A model generated the notes under the pieces. It saw only the letters and a list, made by a program, of their open reading frames with translations, had not been told where the DNA came from and ran no database searches. A program made the position numbers and the translations under genes. From Waterburya sp. (lineage in GTDB: Bacteria; Cyanobacteriota; Cyanobacteriia; Cyanobacteriales; Xenococcaceae), in assembly GCA_965217895.1 (NCBI GenBank), contig CBDCJV010000002.1, positions 4,224,001-4,288,000 of the forward strand: a stretch of DNA of 64,000 bases, given 5' to 3'. Positions within the stretch are counted from its first letter, which is position 1, and each line of letters starts with the position of its first letter. Of the stretch, positions 18,736-27,913 are shown one piece after another.

Positions 18736-19761
18736 GTGACTTCATCGGAATTATTGAATTTACCATTATCAGAATTAATCAAAACGGCGAGAAAGGCTAA
18801 CAACCTTACTCAAAATGATTTTGGCAAATTTTTTGAGCCTTCAATAGCCCAACCGACAATAGCAAGATGGGAAAAAGGAGATCTTCTACCAGATCGGAAG
18901 CATTTTCCAAAAATAGCATCTTTGCTTAATTTGACACTAGAAGAGTTATTAAACCTTGTTCAAGTGCAATTAGAGGAAGACGCAAATACTTCTTGTGAGT
19001 CGGAAGAGGAAACTTACATTTACGATAGTCGTCACTTAAAAGTTCTTAATAAGGGAGCAAAAGTATGGAATCGCTGGAGAGACAAAAACGACGAAATACT
19101 TCCACAGCTAGAAGGAGCAGAACCAAAAGAAGATTATCTTGATGAAATCGACTTACATAGTGCTTATTTGAGGAAAACGCATTTCAAAGGAAAATCATTA
19201 ATAAGAGCAGAATTTCGAGGAGCAGATCTGAGCGAAGCAAATCTGAGCAATGCTGATTTGAGCGGTGCTGATTTACGGTTTACAAATTTAACTAAATCGA
19301 ACCTGAGAAAGACAAATCTAAATAACGCTAATTTATTTGGCGCAGATCTTAGCGAAGCTATCCTTGTAGGTACTATTTTGTGCGATGCCAATTTAAAAGA
19401 GGCAAACTTGAGCAATGCCGATCTTACTCATGCTGATATGAGGGGAGCAAATTTAAATCAGGCAAATCTTGAATATGCGATCCTCAAATATTGCTATGTC
19501 TATGGAATATCCGATTGGAATATCAATCTAAATGGAGCAGTTCAGAAACAATTATCTATTTGCCAATATAGAACACAGTCAATATACGTTGATTGCATAG
19601 AGAATGCGCGCCTTAAATTATTAGAGATAAATAGTCGCGATCTTCCAGAAATACATAAATGTGTAAATAAATTGCAGACAGCTATTAGTGAAAATAGAGC
19701 TAGTTTTAAAGAAAAGCTGGAAAGATTACAGAAGTCAAAGGGAGTTGAGAATGAAACTTGA
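18736..19761 (+). CDS. XRE-family HTH repressor fused to pentapeptide repeats
   Basis: IKTARK...LTQ..F....QPTIARWEKG...P; A(D/N)Lxx repeats; divergent from xis. Confidence 0.85.
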   Translation: MTSSELLNLPLSELIKTARKANNLTQNDFGKFFEPSIAQPTIARWEKGDLLPDRKHFPKIASLLNLTLEELLNLVQVQLEEDANTSCESEEETYIYDSRHLKVLNKGAKVWNRWRDKNDEILPQLEGAEPKEDYLDEIDLHSAYLRKTHFKGKSLIRAEFRGADLSEANLSNADLSGADLRFTNLTKSNLRKTNLNNANLFGADLSEAILVGTILCDANLKEANLSNADLTHADMRGANLNQANLEYAILKYCYVYGISDWNINLNGAVQKQLSICQYRTQSIYVDCIENARLKLLEINSRDLPEIHKCVNKLQTAISENRASFKEKLERLQKSKGVENET

Positions 19762-20938
19762 AATCGAATTTATTCCAGGTGAAATAAATATTGAAAATGC
19801 AGATAAATGTAAAATATCAAGATGCATTTATCATTTTCAAGATTCATGCGTAGACACTTATTGTTTAATTAGAATTTTTGAGTTTACGTCAAAAACCATA
19901 GTAATAGCCAGTCAAATATTGGGAATAACTGGAGGCAATCGGCATTTGATTAAAAATATTATTGAATATTTTAATCTAGATTGCGAAAATTTATATTGGA
20001 TAAATCATGATGGATTTTTCAGTTGCTATATGTCAGAAGAAGAATTTATTCATACTGTGTTTTTCAATAAGAAAAATTCTTTGTTCTCTCAAAAAGAGAT
20101 TGAAATTATAGAAGAAAGAAAAATTAGCATCGAAGTAGTTGAAAAATTAATTGACTCTTCTCTAAAGCCTGTTGAATCATGGTTAGGACTTGACTCAAGA
20201 GCTGAAAATAGATTTAGAAGAGCTAGAGAGGAAAGAACTTTTGAATTACTTTATTGGTATCTAAAAGATAATATTGAACATTTATACAAGCAGAAAGAAA
20301 TAATAGAGATATTAGGTCAATCTCGTCCTGGTGCAATCTTCTTTTATCCAAATCAGAGTAGAAAATTTGAGTTTATTGATTATACAGAATTATTAAATTG
20401 CAGCGATAATTCACGAAGAAAATCATTAACATATATAAATAAATCTTTTCCTGATAAAGAAATAGTGATTTGTGTTTGTATTGACAATTACGATCCATTC
20501 TGTGCGATCTTTCGTAAAGATTTTTTTGTAAATCCAGCCAAAATCAACTCTTATTCAATAGAAAAGTTAGTAGAATGCGAAATTGAGTCATCAGACACAG
20601 TAAAGTTTGATGTTGATCGGTATTGCGAAAAAATTGAATTAGGTAAAGAAAGATTAGAGAGTTTGCTGCAATTATATTTGGAACCTAAGTCTGAGCGACT
20701 CAAATCTGTATTTGAACAAATGGAATCAGCTCGATCAAAATTAGAAACTCAGCGTGGCGCACTTTTTTACTATCCAGAACACAACCAGTGTCTATTTTAT
20801 TTTAAGCAAGAACTTACTAGTGCGTTTGAAAAATTAGCAGTACCCTACGTCGACAAATATGATGTCGAAACTCAAATGGTAATTTGCTTTAGTATTTTTA
20901 ATGAATTGAGCGTCTGTGGAATTTTCCCTAAATTTTAG
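19751..20938 (+). CDS. Hypothetical protein with duplicated C-terminal domain
   Basis: ATG 19751 after GGAG; GAIFFYP..IVIC and GALFYYP..MVIC repeats. Confidence 0.65.
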   Translation: MKLEIEFIPGEINIENADKCKISRCIYHFQDSCVDTYCLIRIFEFTSKTIVIASQILGITGGNRHLIKNIIEYFNLDCENLYWINHDGFFSCYMSEEEFIHTVFFNKKNSLFSQKEIEIIEERKISIEVVEKLIDSSLKPVESWLGLDSRAENRFRRAREERTFELLYWYLKDNIEHLYKQKEIIEILGQSRPGAIFFYPNQSRKFEFIDYTELLNCSDNSRRKSLTYINKSFPDKEIVICVCIDNYDPFCAIFRKDFFVNPAKINSYSIEKLVECEIESSDTVKFDVDRYCEKIELGKERLESLLQLYLEPKSERLKSVFEQMESARSKLETQRGALFYYPEHNQCLFYFKQELTSAFEKLAVPYVDKYDVETQMVICFSIFNELSVCGIFPKF

Positions 20939-21085
20939 GCTATTATCAATATTTATTATTCGAGTCAGTCGGCGAAGCGAATCGGGCGTGCGAAGAGATA
21001 GATGATATCTCCAACATTTCCTTAGCGAACCATCGCAGCCCGACGACTGGCAACTATCTTATTCTTCAAAATCCTTCCACTGCTC

Positions 21086-22630
21086 CTAAATACTTTGTTT
21101 CTCGATCCTTGTAGCTGAATCAGTTAGTGGAACAAATTTTTTAGCACGAGGAACAAACTTCTTCGGCTTGAGCTTAATCGGAGCGCAATATTGAGCAATC
21201 TTAAGATATCCCTGAAGGTCTGGTAGATTACCCAACTCATCAGGCATCACAGCATAACTCTCTCGAAGCTGCTCGTTTAGGGTTACAGTTCTACCATTAC
21301 CGCTTCTACCAGAATTACGAGAGCGACTATGATTCTCCGCCAGATAACGAAACTCTTGTTTACCAATAATCTTCGCCATTGCTTCTGCTGTCTGAGGGTC
21401 AGCACAGTTTAAAATCAACTTAGTCTTCGTTCCCTGCAACATAGTCCGCGTTTGTTGTAGTCCGTATTTGTCAATTATCTGAGCCTCAGTTTGCGTACCC
21501 AAGATAGGACACCCCTGATACTTACGGCTCTCACTCAGTAACCTGTGGAGACTTGGCAACTGATTCAACGCTCCAAGCTCATCGATAATAATTGCGGTCT
21601 TTATTTCCCTATCTTCATTAGATAGCAAACCTTTAAGCATCAACTCAAAAATCAAGCTGTGGAGAGGCTTTAGCAATTCCGACTCATCTTCTCTTAAAGT
21701 AATAAATATCCAACGGGGACTATCACTTCTTGCCCAGTCATAAAAACTTAAAGCCTGATTATGAGGCTGAGTTAGGCAGTCATAGAACTGACAGTAATTA
21801 GCAGCAGTAGACAGTACAGAAGTTGCGGCTCTTTCTTCTCCAAGATATTTAGCAGCTAAAGTTCCTGAGACAAATGAGCTTAGTGCTTGAGTATCGCTGG
21901 TTAATAACGACCACAACTCCTGATTACTTTTAGTCTGGCGAAACAACTCAGCCATCACTGCCCTGCCAGCATTGGAGAAAAAAGGCTCCTTGGCAGAATC
22001 AATAGGAATCAAGCCTGCTGCCATAGTTTCAGGTCTAGCTGGCTCATGAACATGGCTCCAGTGAACCGACCGAGCGTCAAAAGGATTAAAGATGAAATCT
22101 CGTTGGGGATCGTAGAACTTCTGCAACATATCCCCATCGCGGTCGAAGATAATCGCCCGAAAATCGCTTCGCTGTCTAATAAGAGCCGTCATCTGGCTAA
22201 TAGCTTGAGTTTTACCAGTCCCAGGAGAACCGAACATGAAGAAACCACGATTTTCTTGCTGTTCGGGAATAGGTAGACCTGCTAATACTAGCTGAGGCTT
22301 ATATTTTGATTTTGGTTCTCTTTTGAGTATGGTTTTGAGTTGACGGGTAGGTATTACCTTTCCACCTCTTAAGACATTTTGATTGTGGTGATGGAGATTT
22401 CTCTTCGGCTTAATCAACAAGAGTGAAAACATAAAAATCATGATTACTGCCCCACCAAACAGCTTGAGATAGCCGAATTTATCGATTAGATAGGACAGGA
22501 TTAGTTCTGGGTTTTCCATTAGCAATAGAGCAACTTTCGTGTTGTCTACTGCCCACAAAGCTACTGAGAGAAAGATAAGTAAAAAAAATGATGCTACGAG
22601 AGTCTGATAGAAGTTATTTTTGGCTTTCAT
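21086..22630 (-). CDS. Type IV coupling protein (TrwB/TraD family)
   Basis: Two TM helices, GSPGTGKT, FNPFDARS..W, IDELGAL, RKY.G. Confidence 0.92.
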   Translation of the reverse strand: MKAKNNFYQTLVASFFLLIFLSVALWAVDNTKVALLLMENPELILSYLIDKFGYLKLFGGAVIMIFMFSLLLIKPKRNLHHHNQNVLRGGKVIPTRQLKTILKREPKSKYKPQLVLAGLPIPEQQENRGFFMFGSPGTGKTQAISQMTALIRQRSDFRAIIFDRDGDMLQKFYDPQRDFIFNPFDARSVHWSHVHEPARPETMAAGLIPIDSAKEPFFSNAGRAVMAELFRQTKSNQELWSLLTSDTQALSSFVSGTLAAKYLGEERAATSVLSTAANYCQFYDCLTQPHNQALSFYDWARSDSPRWIFITLREDESELLKPLHSLIFELMLKGLLSNEDREIKTAIIIDELGALNQLPSLHRLLSESRKYQGCPILGTQTEAQIIDKYGLQQTRTMLQGTKTKLILNCADPQTAEAMAKIIGKQEFRYLAENHSRSRNSGRSGNGRTVTLNEQLRESYAVMPDELGNLPDLQGYLKIAQYCAPIKLKPKKFVPRAKKFVPLTDSATRIEKQSI

Positions 22631-25536
22631 TATCTGCCGATGGTTCTAGAGTGACTTGAAGTACGAGTAAGTTTGAGGTGCTGCTGCATCTCGATTGTTC
22701 TAGTTTTAATTTGCTGTTTGAGTTCGTTAGTAGAAAAAGTGTTCCTGACTGTGGCGTTGTCTCGGTCGAATTTTAATTTCTGACCTTTGTGGCTGATAGT
22801 CAGTGAATCTCGATCGCGTTTGATCTCTGTTCCATCTAATGTTCTAAAGCTTTTTATTTGAGGATTTTGAAGATCTGATTTACCCTGACTTTCTACTAGA
22901 TATTTAGCAGCAACGAGTAATTTAAACTCTTGTTCTCTCGATGGAGTAGATAATTGTCGATCTATTTGTTGTTTGATAACGAGGCTAAGAGCGTTTTCTT
23001 GCCCTCTGGATTTCTCTACTGATAGCCCTAGAGCTTTAGTGCTAGCGGTATACACTTTGAATTCATGTTTGGCTCGTGATGCTGCCACATAAAAACTTTC
23101 TTTTCCTACCGTCAAAGATTTACCCGAACCCGCAGCATAAATACAGTAGTTGGCAGTTTTCCCCTGGCTACTGTGGACTGTATCGACATAGCGATAGTCG
23201 GAATAAAGCAGAGCATCAGGATTGACTGTCTGAGTTTTTCCCTTAGTCTTTATTTCTATTTGTCCATTAGTGTTGAAGTCATTAACCTCAAATTGCTGCC
23301 CATTAATCTGCTTCTGTTGATTCTGATAATGGTTGCGGGTGAACTTCATCTGTTCGCCAATGCGAAGTTGGCGAGTTTCGGATTTAAATACCGCACGGTC
23401 TTTATAAGTATTTAGTTCTAAATCCTGTTTATGGTTCAGGCTATCTCTAAGAGTTAATGTTCCAGTATTTTTGTAGATGACATCAACACGGTAATATAGG
23501 TCTTTACTAAACCTGGCTGTAGTGTGACCAAACTTGATTATGTCTCCTACTTCGTAGCTACTGGCTTGGGTCAGGCTAAATTTATCTAAATCTTTAGGTT
23601 TAAGTACATTGATTTGCTGTGATTGCTGACTCAATTTATCCTGCTCAGTTAAGCCTTGGCGTATCTGTTTGGTAATGGCATCTTTTTCTTTATTCGTGCC
23701 AGCTAGAATTAATGTCTGCTTTTGAGTTATGTCGTCTCTTGCTAAGTAGTCATTGACCACTGCTTTCAGTCTCAAACTATCAATGGGTATCTGCTTAATA
23801 CTTCCTTGTTCGTTAAGCTTTTCATATCCTTGTCTTATCTCTCCTGCGGATAAAAGATCGACAACTTCTTTTAGCTGAATATTCTGCTGTCTAACATTTT
23901 TATCGATTCTAATTGTTGGCAGTTTGGCTTTTTCTTGAAGTAGTTTAAAAGGTGAGCCTGCCTGTACCGCAGCTAGCTGTTTGGTATCGCCAATTAGGAG
24001 TATGCGGGAGCTTGTTTGTTCACATCTTTCTAGCAGGTTTTTCATTTGAGTACTGCTAATCATCCCCGCTTCATCCACCACAATTAATTCATTCTTGGGC
24101 AGTGACTTTATCGGGATATTTAAATAGGCATCTAAGGTTTGAGAGTTTATATCTGCTCCCTTACTTAATTCGCTAGCAGCAGAGGCACTGGGAGCTAAAC
24201 CCCGCATATTGACATCAGACGAGATGGTTTCTTTTAAGGCTTTGACAGTATAGGTTTTACCTACTCCTGCATCACCTTGGCAAAGTATTACACCATCCCG
24301 ATTATTCACAAAATACTCTAGAGCAGAAGCTTGTACTTTATTTAGTCCTAGTTTTTGAGCTTGATGTTTAGCTATTTCTGTATTGGCTAGAGAAAGATAT
24401 CTATCTTTGCTGTTTCTAGTCAAATGTAGGATCTGCTTTTCTCTGTCAATGGCAGTTTGAGTAGTTAATCTGCCATCCTTTATTTTGACCAGACTTTTAT
24501 TCTGATTAATTTCTCTTTCTATATCTTCAAGACTATAGCTACCCTGTGATTGTCGTAGAGATTCTTTGAGCAGTATATGTTTAGGAAAAGCGATTTGTCT
24601 CTCGCTCACTACTTCCGTAGCTTCAATCACTAGATTGCTTTTATCTTTTAGATTATCAACCTGCTGATATCGATAATTGGCTTCAGGATGTTTGATATCT
24701 AACTGTTCGGCTCTTTGCTGCCACCTGAGCTTTAATTCTTTCCTTTCTGACTCCGCCTGATATATTTTGCTTTTACGTGTTGTAGTGCAGGCTCTGGCTT
24801 TGGTTGCTGCGTTAGCTCTCTGTCCTACGGCTTTTTCTATCTCCTGTTTACGAGTGCTAAATTCCTTCAGTTGTGACTGACTATAACCTCGAACATCAAA
24901 TGTCCCATCGCGGTTCCAGTCGAGTTCATAGCCGAGAGTTTGTAGTTCTCTGCCAAGTTCATGATGATAGACCATACCAATAGTCATCTTCTGCTGGTAA
25001 AGTTGGCGGTTGTCCATTGAACGCCATTTGCCATCTGCTCCTTGTGTCTGATTGAAAATCACGCAGTGGCTATGGAGTTGAGGATCTAGGTTGCGATTAT
25101 CATCGTGTTGAAAGATGGCGAATAAGGCATTATCTGTCTGAATCTGATTAGCTCCCCCTTTACCCGTTCGGGTGAAGATACAGTTTTGCTCTATGTAAGC
25201 AAGAGTAATTTTTACTGCTTTGTCATGAGCTTTAATTACGGCTTTATCTTCTTTTACTAGACCAAGTAGCGTCACTGATTTGGGAGCAGATAACGTAATA
25301 TCTCTGCCTGGGTTATATTTTTTTCCTGATTGCCTTTGGCGTAAGGAATTGCCTTGAGTATCCAGTCCTTGATAGGCATTGTTATATTCGACCGTTGAAA
25401 CGCGACCATTAAGGCTTAGTATTTCTGCACCTTGTCCGTACCACTGACTATTGGCTAATCCTTGGTTTTGAGTGTAGTAATTGTCAGTCGCATAGTCGTT
25501 TACCTTGGCGTAAAGTCTACCAATTGAGCAAACCAT
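22630..25536 (-). CDS. mobF: MOBF relaxase-helicase (TrwC/TraI-like)
   Basis: Y..DNYY, DITLSAPKSV, H...R..DPQLHSH, FSTR, QGDAGVGKT, VDEAGM, TVHSSQGKT. Confidence 0.95.
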   Translation of the reverse strand: MVCSIGRLYAKVNDYATDNYYTQNQGLANSQWYGQGAEILSLNGRVSTVEYNNAYQGLDTQGNSLRQRQSGKKYNPGRDITLSAPKSVTLLGLVKEDKAVIKAHDKAVKITLAYIEQNCIFTRTGKGGANQIQTDNALFAIFQHDDNRNLDPQLHSHCVIFNQTQGADGKWRSMDNRQLYQQKMTIGMVYHHELGRELQTLGYELDWNRDGTFDVRGYSQSQLKEFSTRKQEIEKAVGQRANAATKARACTTTRKSKIYQAESERKELKLRWQQRAEQLDIKHPEANYRYQQVDNLKDKSNLVIEATEVVSERQIAFPKHILLKESLRQSQGSYSLEDIEREINQNKSLVKIKDGRLTTQTAIDREKQILHLTRNSKDRYLSLANTEIAKHQAQKLGLNKVQASALEYFVNNRDGVILCQGDAGVGKTYTVKALKETISSDVNMRGLAPSASAASELSKGADINSQTLDAYLNIPIKSLPKNELIVVDEAGMISSTQMKNLLERCEQTSSRILLIGDTKQLAAVQAGSPFKLLQEKAKLPTIRIDKNVRQQNIQLKEVVDLLSAGEIRQGYEKLNEQGSIKQIPIDSLRLKAVVNDYLARDDITQKQTLILAGTNKEKDAITKQIRQGLTEQDKLSQQSQQINVLKPKDLDKFSLTQASSYEVGDIIKFGHTTARFSKDLYYRVDVIYKNTGTLTLRDSLNHKQDLELNTYKDRAVFKSETRQLRIGEQMKFTRNHYQNQQKQINGQQFEVNDFNTNGQIEIKTKGKTQTVNPDALLYSDYRYVDTVHSSQGKTANYCIYAAGSGKSLTVGKESFYVAASRAKHEFKVYTASTKALGLSVEKSRGQENALSLVIKQQIDRQLSTPSREQEFKLLVAAKYLVESQGKSDLQNPQIKSFRTLDGTEIKRDRDSLTISHKGQKLKFDRDNATVRNTFSTNELKQQIKTRTIEMQQHLKLTRTSSHSRTIGR

Positions 25537-25707
25537 GAGGATTTATTTTGCTTGTTTAATCTTTTTTGATAGTGACATTTTTAATTAGTTAAAACTACTG
25601 TTTAAAGAGTAATTTACATTTCTTATTATTGAGGTTTAAAAATATCCAAAAATACCCAATCTATATTTATTTATAAAATTCAGATAATTTATTTTATTCT
25701 CACTAAG

Positions 25708-25726
25708 GGTGCATCAGGTGTGGAAA
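25708..25726 (+). other. Putative oriT nic site
   Basis: GGTGCATCAGGTGT^GG resembles MOBF nic sites; between relaxase and divergent stb-like operon. Confidence 0.55.
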
Positions 25727-25858
25727 TTTAATCAGTATAAATTTAGCTGGGGAAATTGCAAGTTTATCTACTGAAGGTGAATCTTTACTGGTTCAAAAAG
25801 TTGTTTGTTTGACAAAAAAACTGGCACAATAAATAAAAATGAGTCTAAAAAATAATCA

Positions 25859-26248
25859 ATGAATCAGTCGGAATTAAGTCCCATAGAAAAAGCGATCGCG
25901 CGTAAGATAGATAAGACTAAAGATAAGGCATCAAAACCTGGATATTTAAGAACGCTAGTGGCTAAGTTGCACTTGAGGATTGAAGCAGCCTTAGCTAGAG
26001 GATGTGAATATGATGACTTGGCTGAATCGATAACGGAGAGTGGAGTGAAGATTAGTTCGGCTACCTTGAAGCAATATCACACTGAGTATCGTCGTTCTTT
26101 GAATGAAGAGGCAGAAGAGACATCTAACACTGTTAAGTCGATATTGCCGACCGAACTACCTAAAGAAATTGAAGAAGAAATATACACCAAGGAGAATCAA
26201 CCAGATAGAAAGCAGTCGGCAGTAGATAAGTTATTTGCGAGTAAGTAA
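25859..26248 (+). CDS. Small DNA-binding mobilization/stability protein (StbA-like position)
   Basis: IEAAL.RG..Y..LA......GV.IS.ATL..Y HTH-like; first gene divergent from relaxase. Confidence 0.5.
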   Translation: MNQSELSPIEKAIARKIDKTKDKASKPGYLRTLVAKLHLRIEAALARGCEYDDLAESITESGVKISSATLKQYHTEYRRSLNEEAEETSNTVKSILPTELPKEIEEEIYTKENQPDRKQSAVDKLFASK

Positions 26249-26254
26249 ATCATC

Positions 26255-27016
26255 ATGGTCAAGGTCAAAATAGACAAGACAGAATCGACATCTATAATTA
26301 TTCCAACTCGTCCTGGTATTCAGATATCTAACTGTAAGAAAGGTGGCGTAGGGAAGACTTTGCTATCTAAATTAAAGGCTGCTTACTGTTTGGAATCGGG
26401 ATTAGATTTCTATGCGGTGGATGCGGATCGGCAGGAGAGCTTTTTAAAAGCCTATCCTGAGTTTGCTCTGCCAACTCGCTTTAGTGAGTTGGATAGGAAT
26501 CTGAAGATACCCGATCGCATTTTAGATTTGGCTTTAGAGAAATTAGTATTGGTAGATTTGCCTGGAAATGTAGAAGAGGCATTTAATCATTGGCTGACGG
26601 CTAGCGATATTTTAGAGGCTTCAAAAGATCTGGGAGTGGAGATTCAGAATTGGTACGTGCTGGATGATTCAACTGAATGTTATGAAGGGTTTTTAAGAAC
26701 TCTGGAGTTTGTCAAAGATAATGCGACTCATATATTAGTCAGGAATTTAGGTCGATGTGAAGATTGGGAAAGCTTCGAGCGGGTCATTACGCCTCAGTTA
26801 ATTACTGAATATAAATTGAAGGTAATTGACCTTCCAAAGCTGAGGTTGGATACAGCGACGACTGTGTATAAGAATGCTCTGAGTTTTACTGAAGCCAGAA
26901 GACATGGCGAGTTTAGTACGGCTCAGTTAGCGGGATTGAGAGGGTATATGCGACGAGTTTATAAAGTGTTTGATGATGCTGGTTTTAATGTTGAAACTTT
27001 GAGGTTAAATCCTTGA
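26255..27016 (+). CDS. ParA/StbB/MobD-like ATPase
   Basis: KKGGVGKT deviant Walker A, VDAD, LVDLPG. Confidence 0.75.
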   Translation: MVKVKIDKTESTSIIIPTRPGIQISNCKKGGVGKTLLSKLKAAYCLESGLDFYAVDADRQESFLKAYPEFALPTRFSELDRNLKIPDRILDLALEKLVLVDLPGNVEEAFNHWLTASDILEASKDLGVEIQNWYVLDDSTECYEGFLRTLEFVKDNATHILVRNLGRCEDWESFERVITPQLITEYKLKVIDLPKLRLDTATTVYKNALSFTEARRHGEFSTAQLAGLRGYMRRVYKVFDDAGFNVETLRLNP

Positions 27017-27591
27017 GTTATTTAAAGAAGCCAACTTTATCGCAGCAGCAGAATGAGCTAAAAGAATTTATCGAGCGAAGGCTGAGTACGGAACAAGCAA
27101 AGATTAGACAGAGAGTATATCAATGGCTAAATAATAATCAGTATTTTGTCGATAATGAGTTGTTTGATTTCTATTTCTGTGTTGCTCAGAATATCGCTGC
27201 TGTTGAAGTATTAGGAGCTTCTGGAGAAAAGATAGTTAAGGCAAAAACAGAGTTGGAAAAATCGGCAGAAGCTTATACGACTCAGATAGTTGATACATCT
27301 AACTGGATAAATGAGAAATTAGAGAGTCAGTTAGCCAGCATTCAGCAAAATCAACAGAAATTAGATACTAAACTGATTCAAGTCTTGGAGGGATTGAGCA
27401 GAGAGCATCAGAATTTACAAACCGTCTCTACTGGCTTGGTTAACTCGACTTCAGTTTTGTTAAAGAAGCAGAAGCAGTTAGTGATTCAGACCGAAGTAAC
27501 TAGAAAACATGTTCATCAAACAGTGATGACAGCTTGGATAATTCCTATTGTGATATTGCTGGGAAGCATATTAACGTTATTTTTGAGTTAA
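27013..27591 (+). CDS. Coiled-coil protein with C-terminal membrane anchor
   Basis: Overlaps upstream stop; hydrophobic C-terminus. Confidence 0.6.
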   Translation: MSYLKKPTLSQQQNELKEFIERRLSTEQAKIRQRVYQWLNNNQYFVDNELFDFYFCVAQNIAAVEVLGASGEKIVKAKTELEKSAEAYTTQIVDTSNWINEKLESQLASIQQNQQKLDTKLIQVLEGLSREHQNLQTVSTGLVNSTSVLLKKQKQLVIQTEVTRKHVHQTVMTAWIIPIVILLGSILTLFLS

Positions 27592-27664
27592 ATACCATGT
27601 TAAAGTCAGAACACATCGTTTACATGAAGATTGATAAGTTAGTTGACGGTGGGATGTGTATTAA

Positions 27665-27701
27665 AGCCATTTACTATGGCGAGCAACCATAGTAAATGGC
27701 T
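27665..27701. terminator. Perfect 15-bp stem hairpin
   Basis: AGCCATTTACTATGG-cgagcaa-CCATAGTAAATGGCT. Confidence 0.7.
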
Positions 27702-27913
27702 GCTCTTTAAATGTCCTAGTTTATGAAGATCAGTTTCTCGTTTCTGCTGAGTGGATTTATGGTAGATCTCACAAGTGCAAAATGAAAGTATAGTTCGATG
27801 GCAAAGAGGCAAAAGCCATATTGAACATTATGTAATTTTAAAACAAGGTTAGAAGTCGAATATAATTTTAATTTTGGCAGTAACTTGTTATTGTAAGACA
27901 AGTAGGATGATTA

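Noticed and set aside
13575..20938. Prophage
   Set aside because: No terminase, capsid, tail or lysis genes between the att sites.
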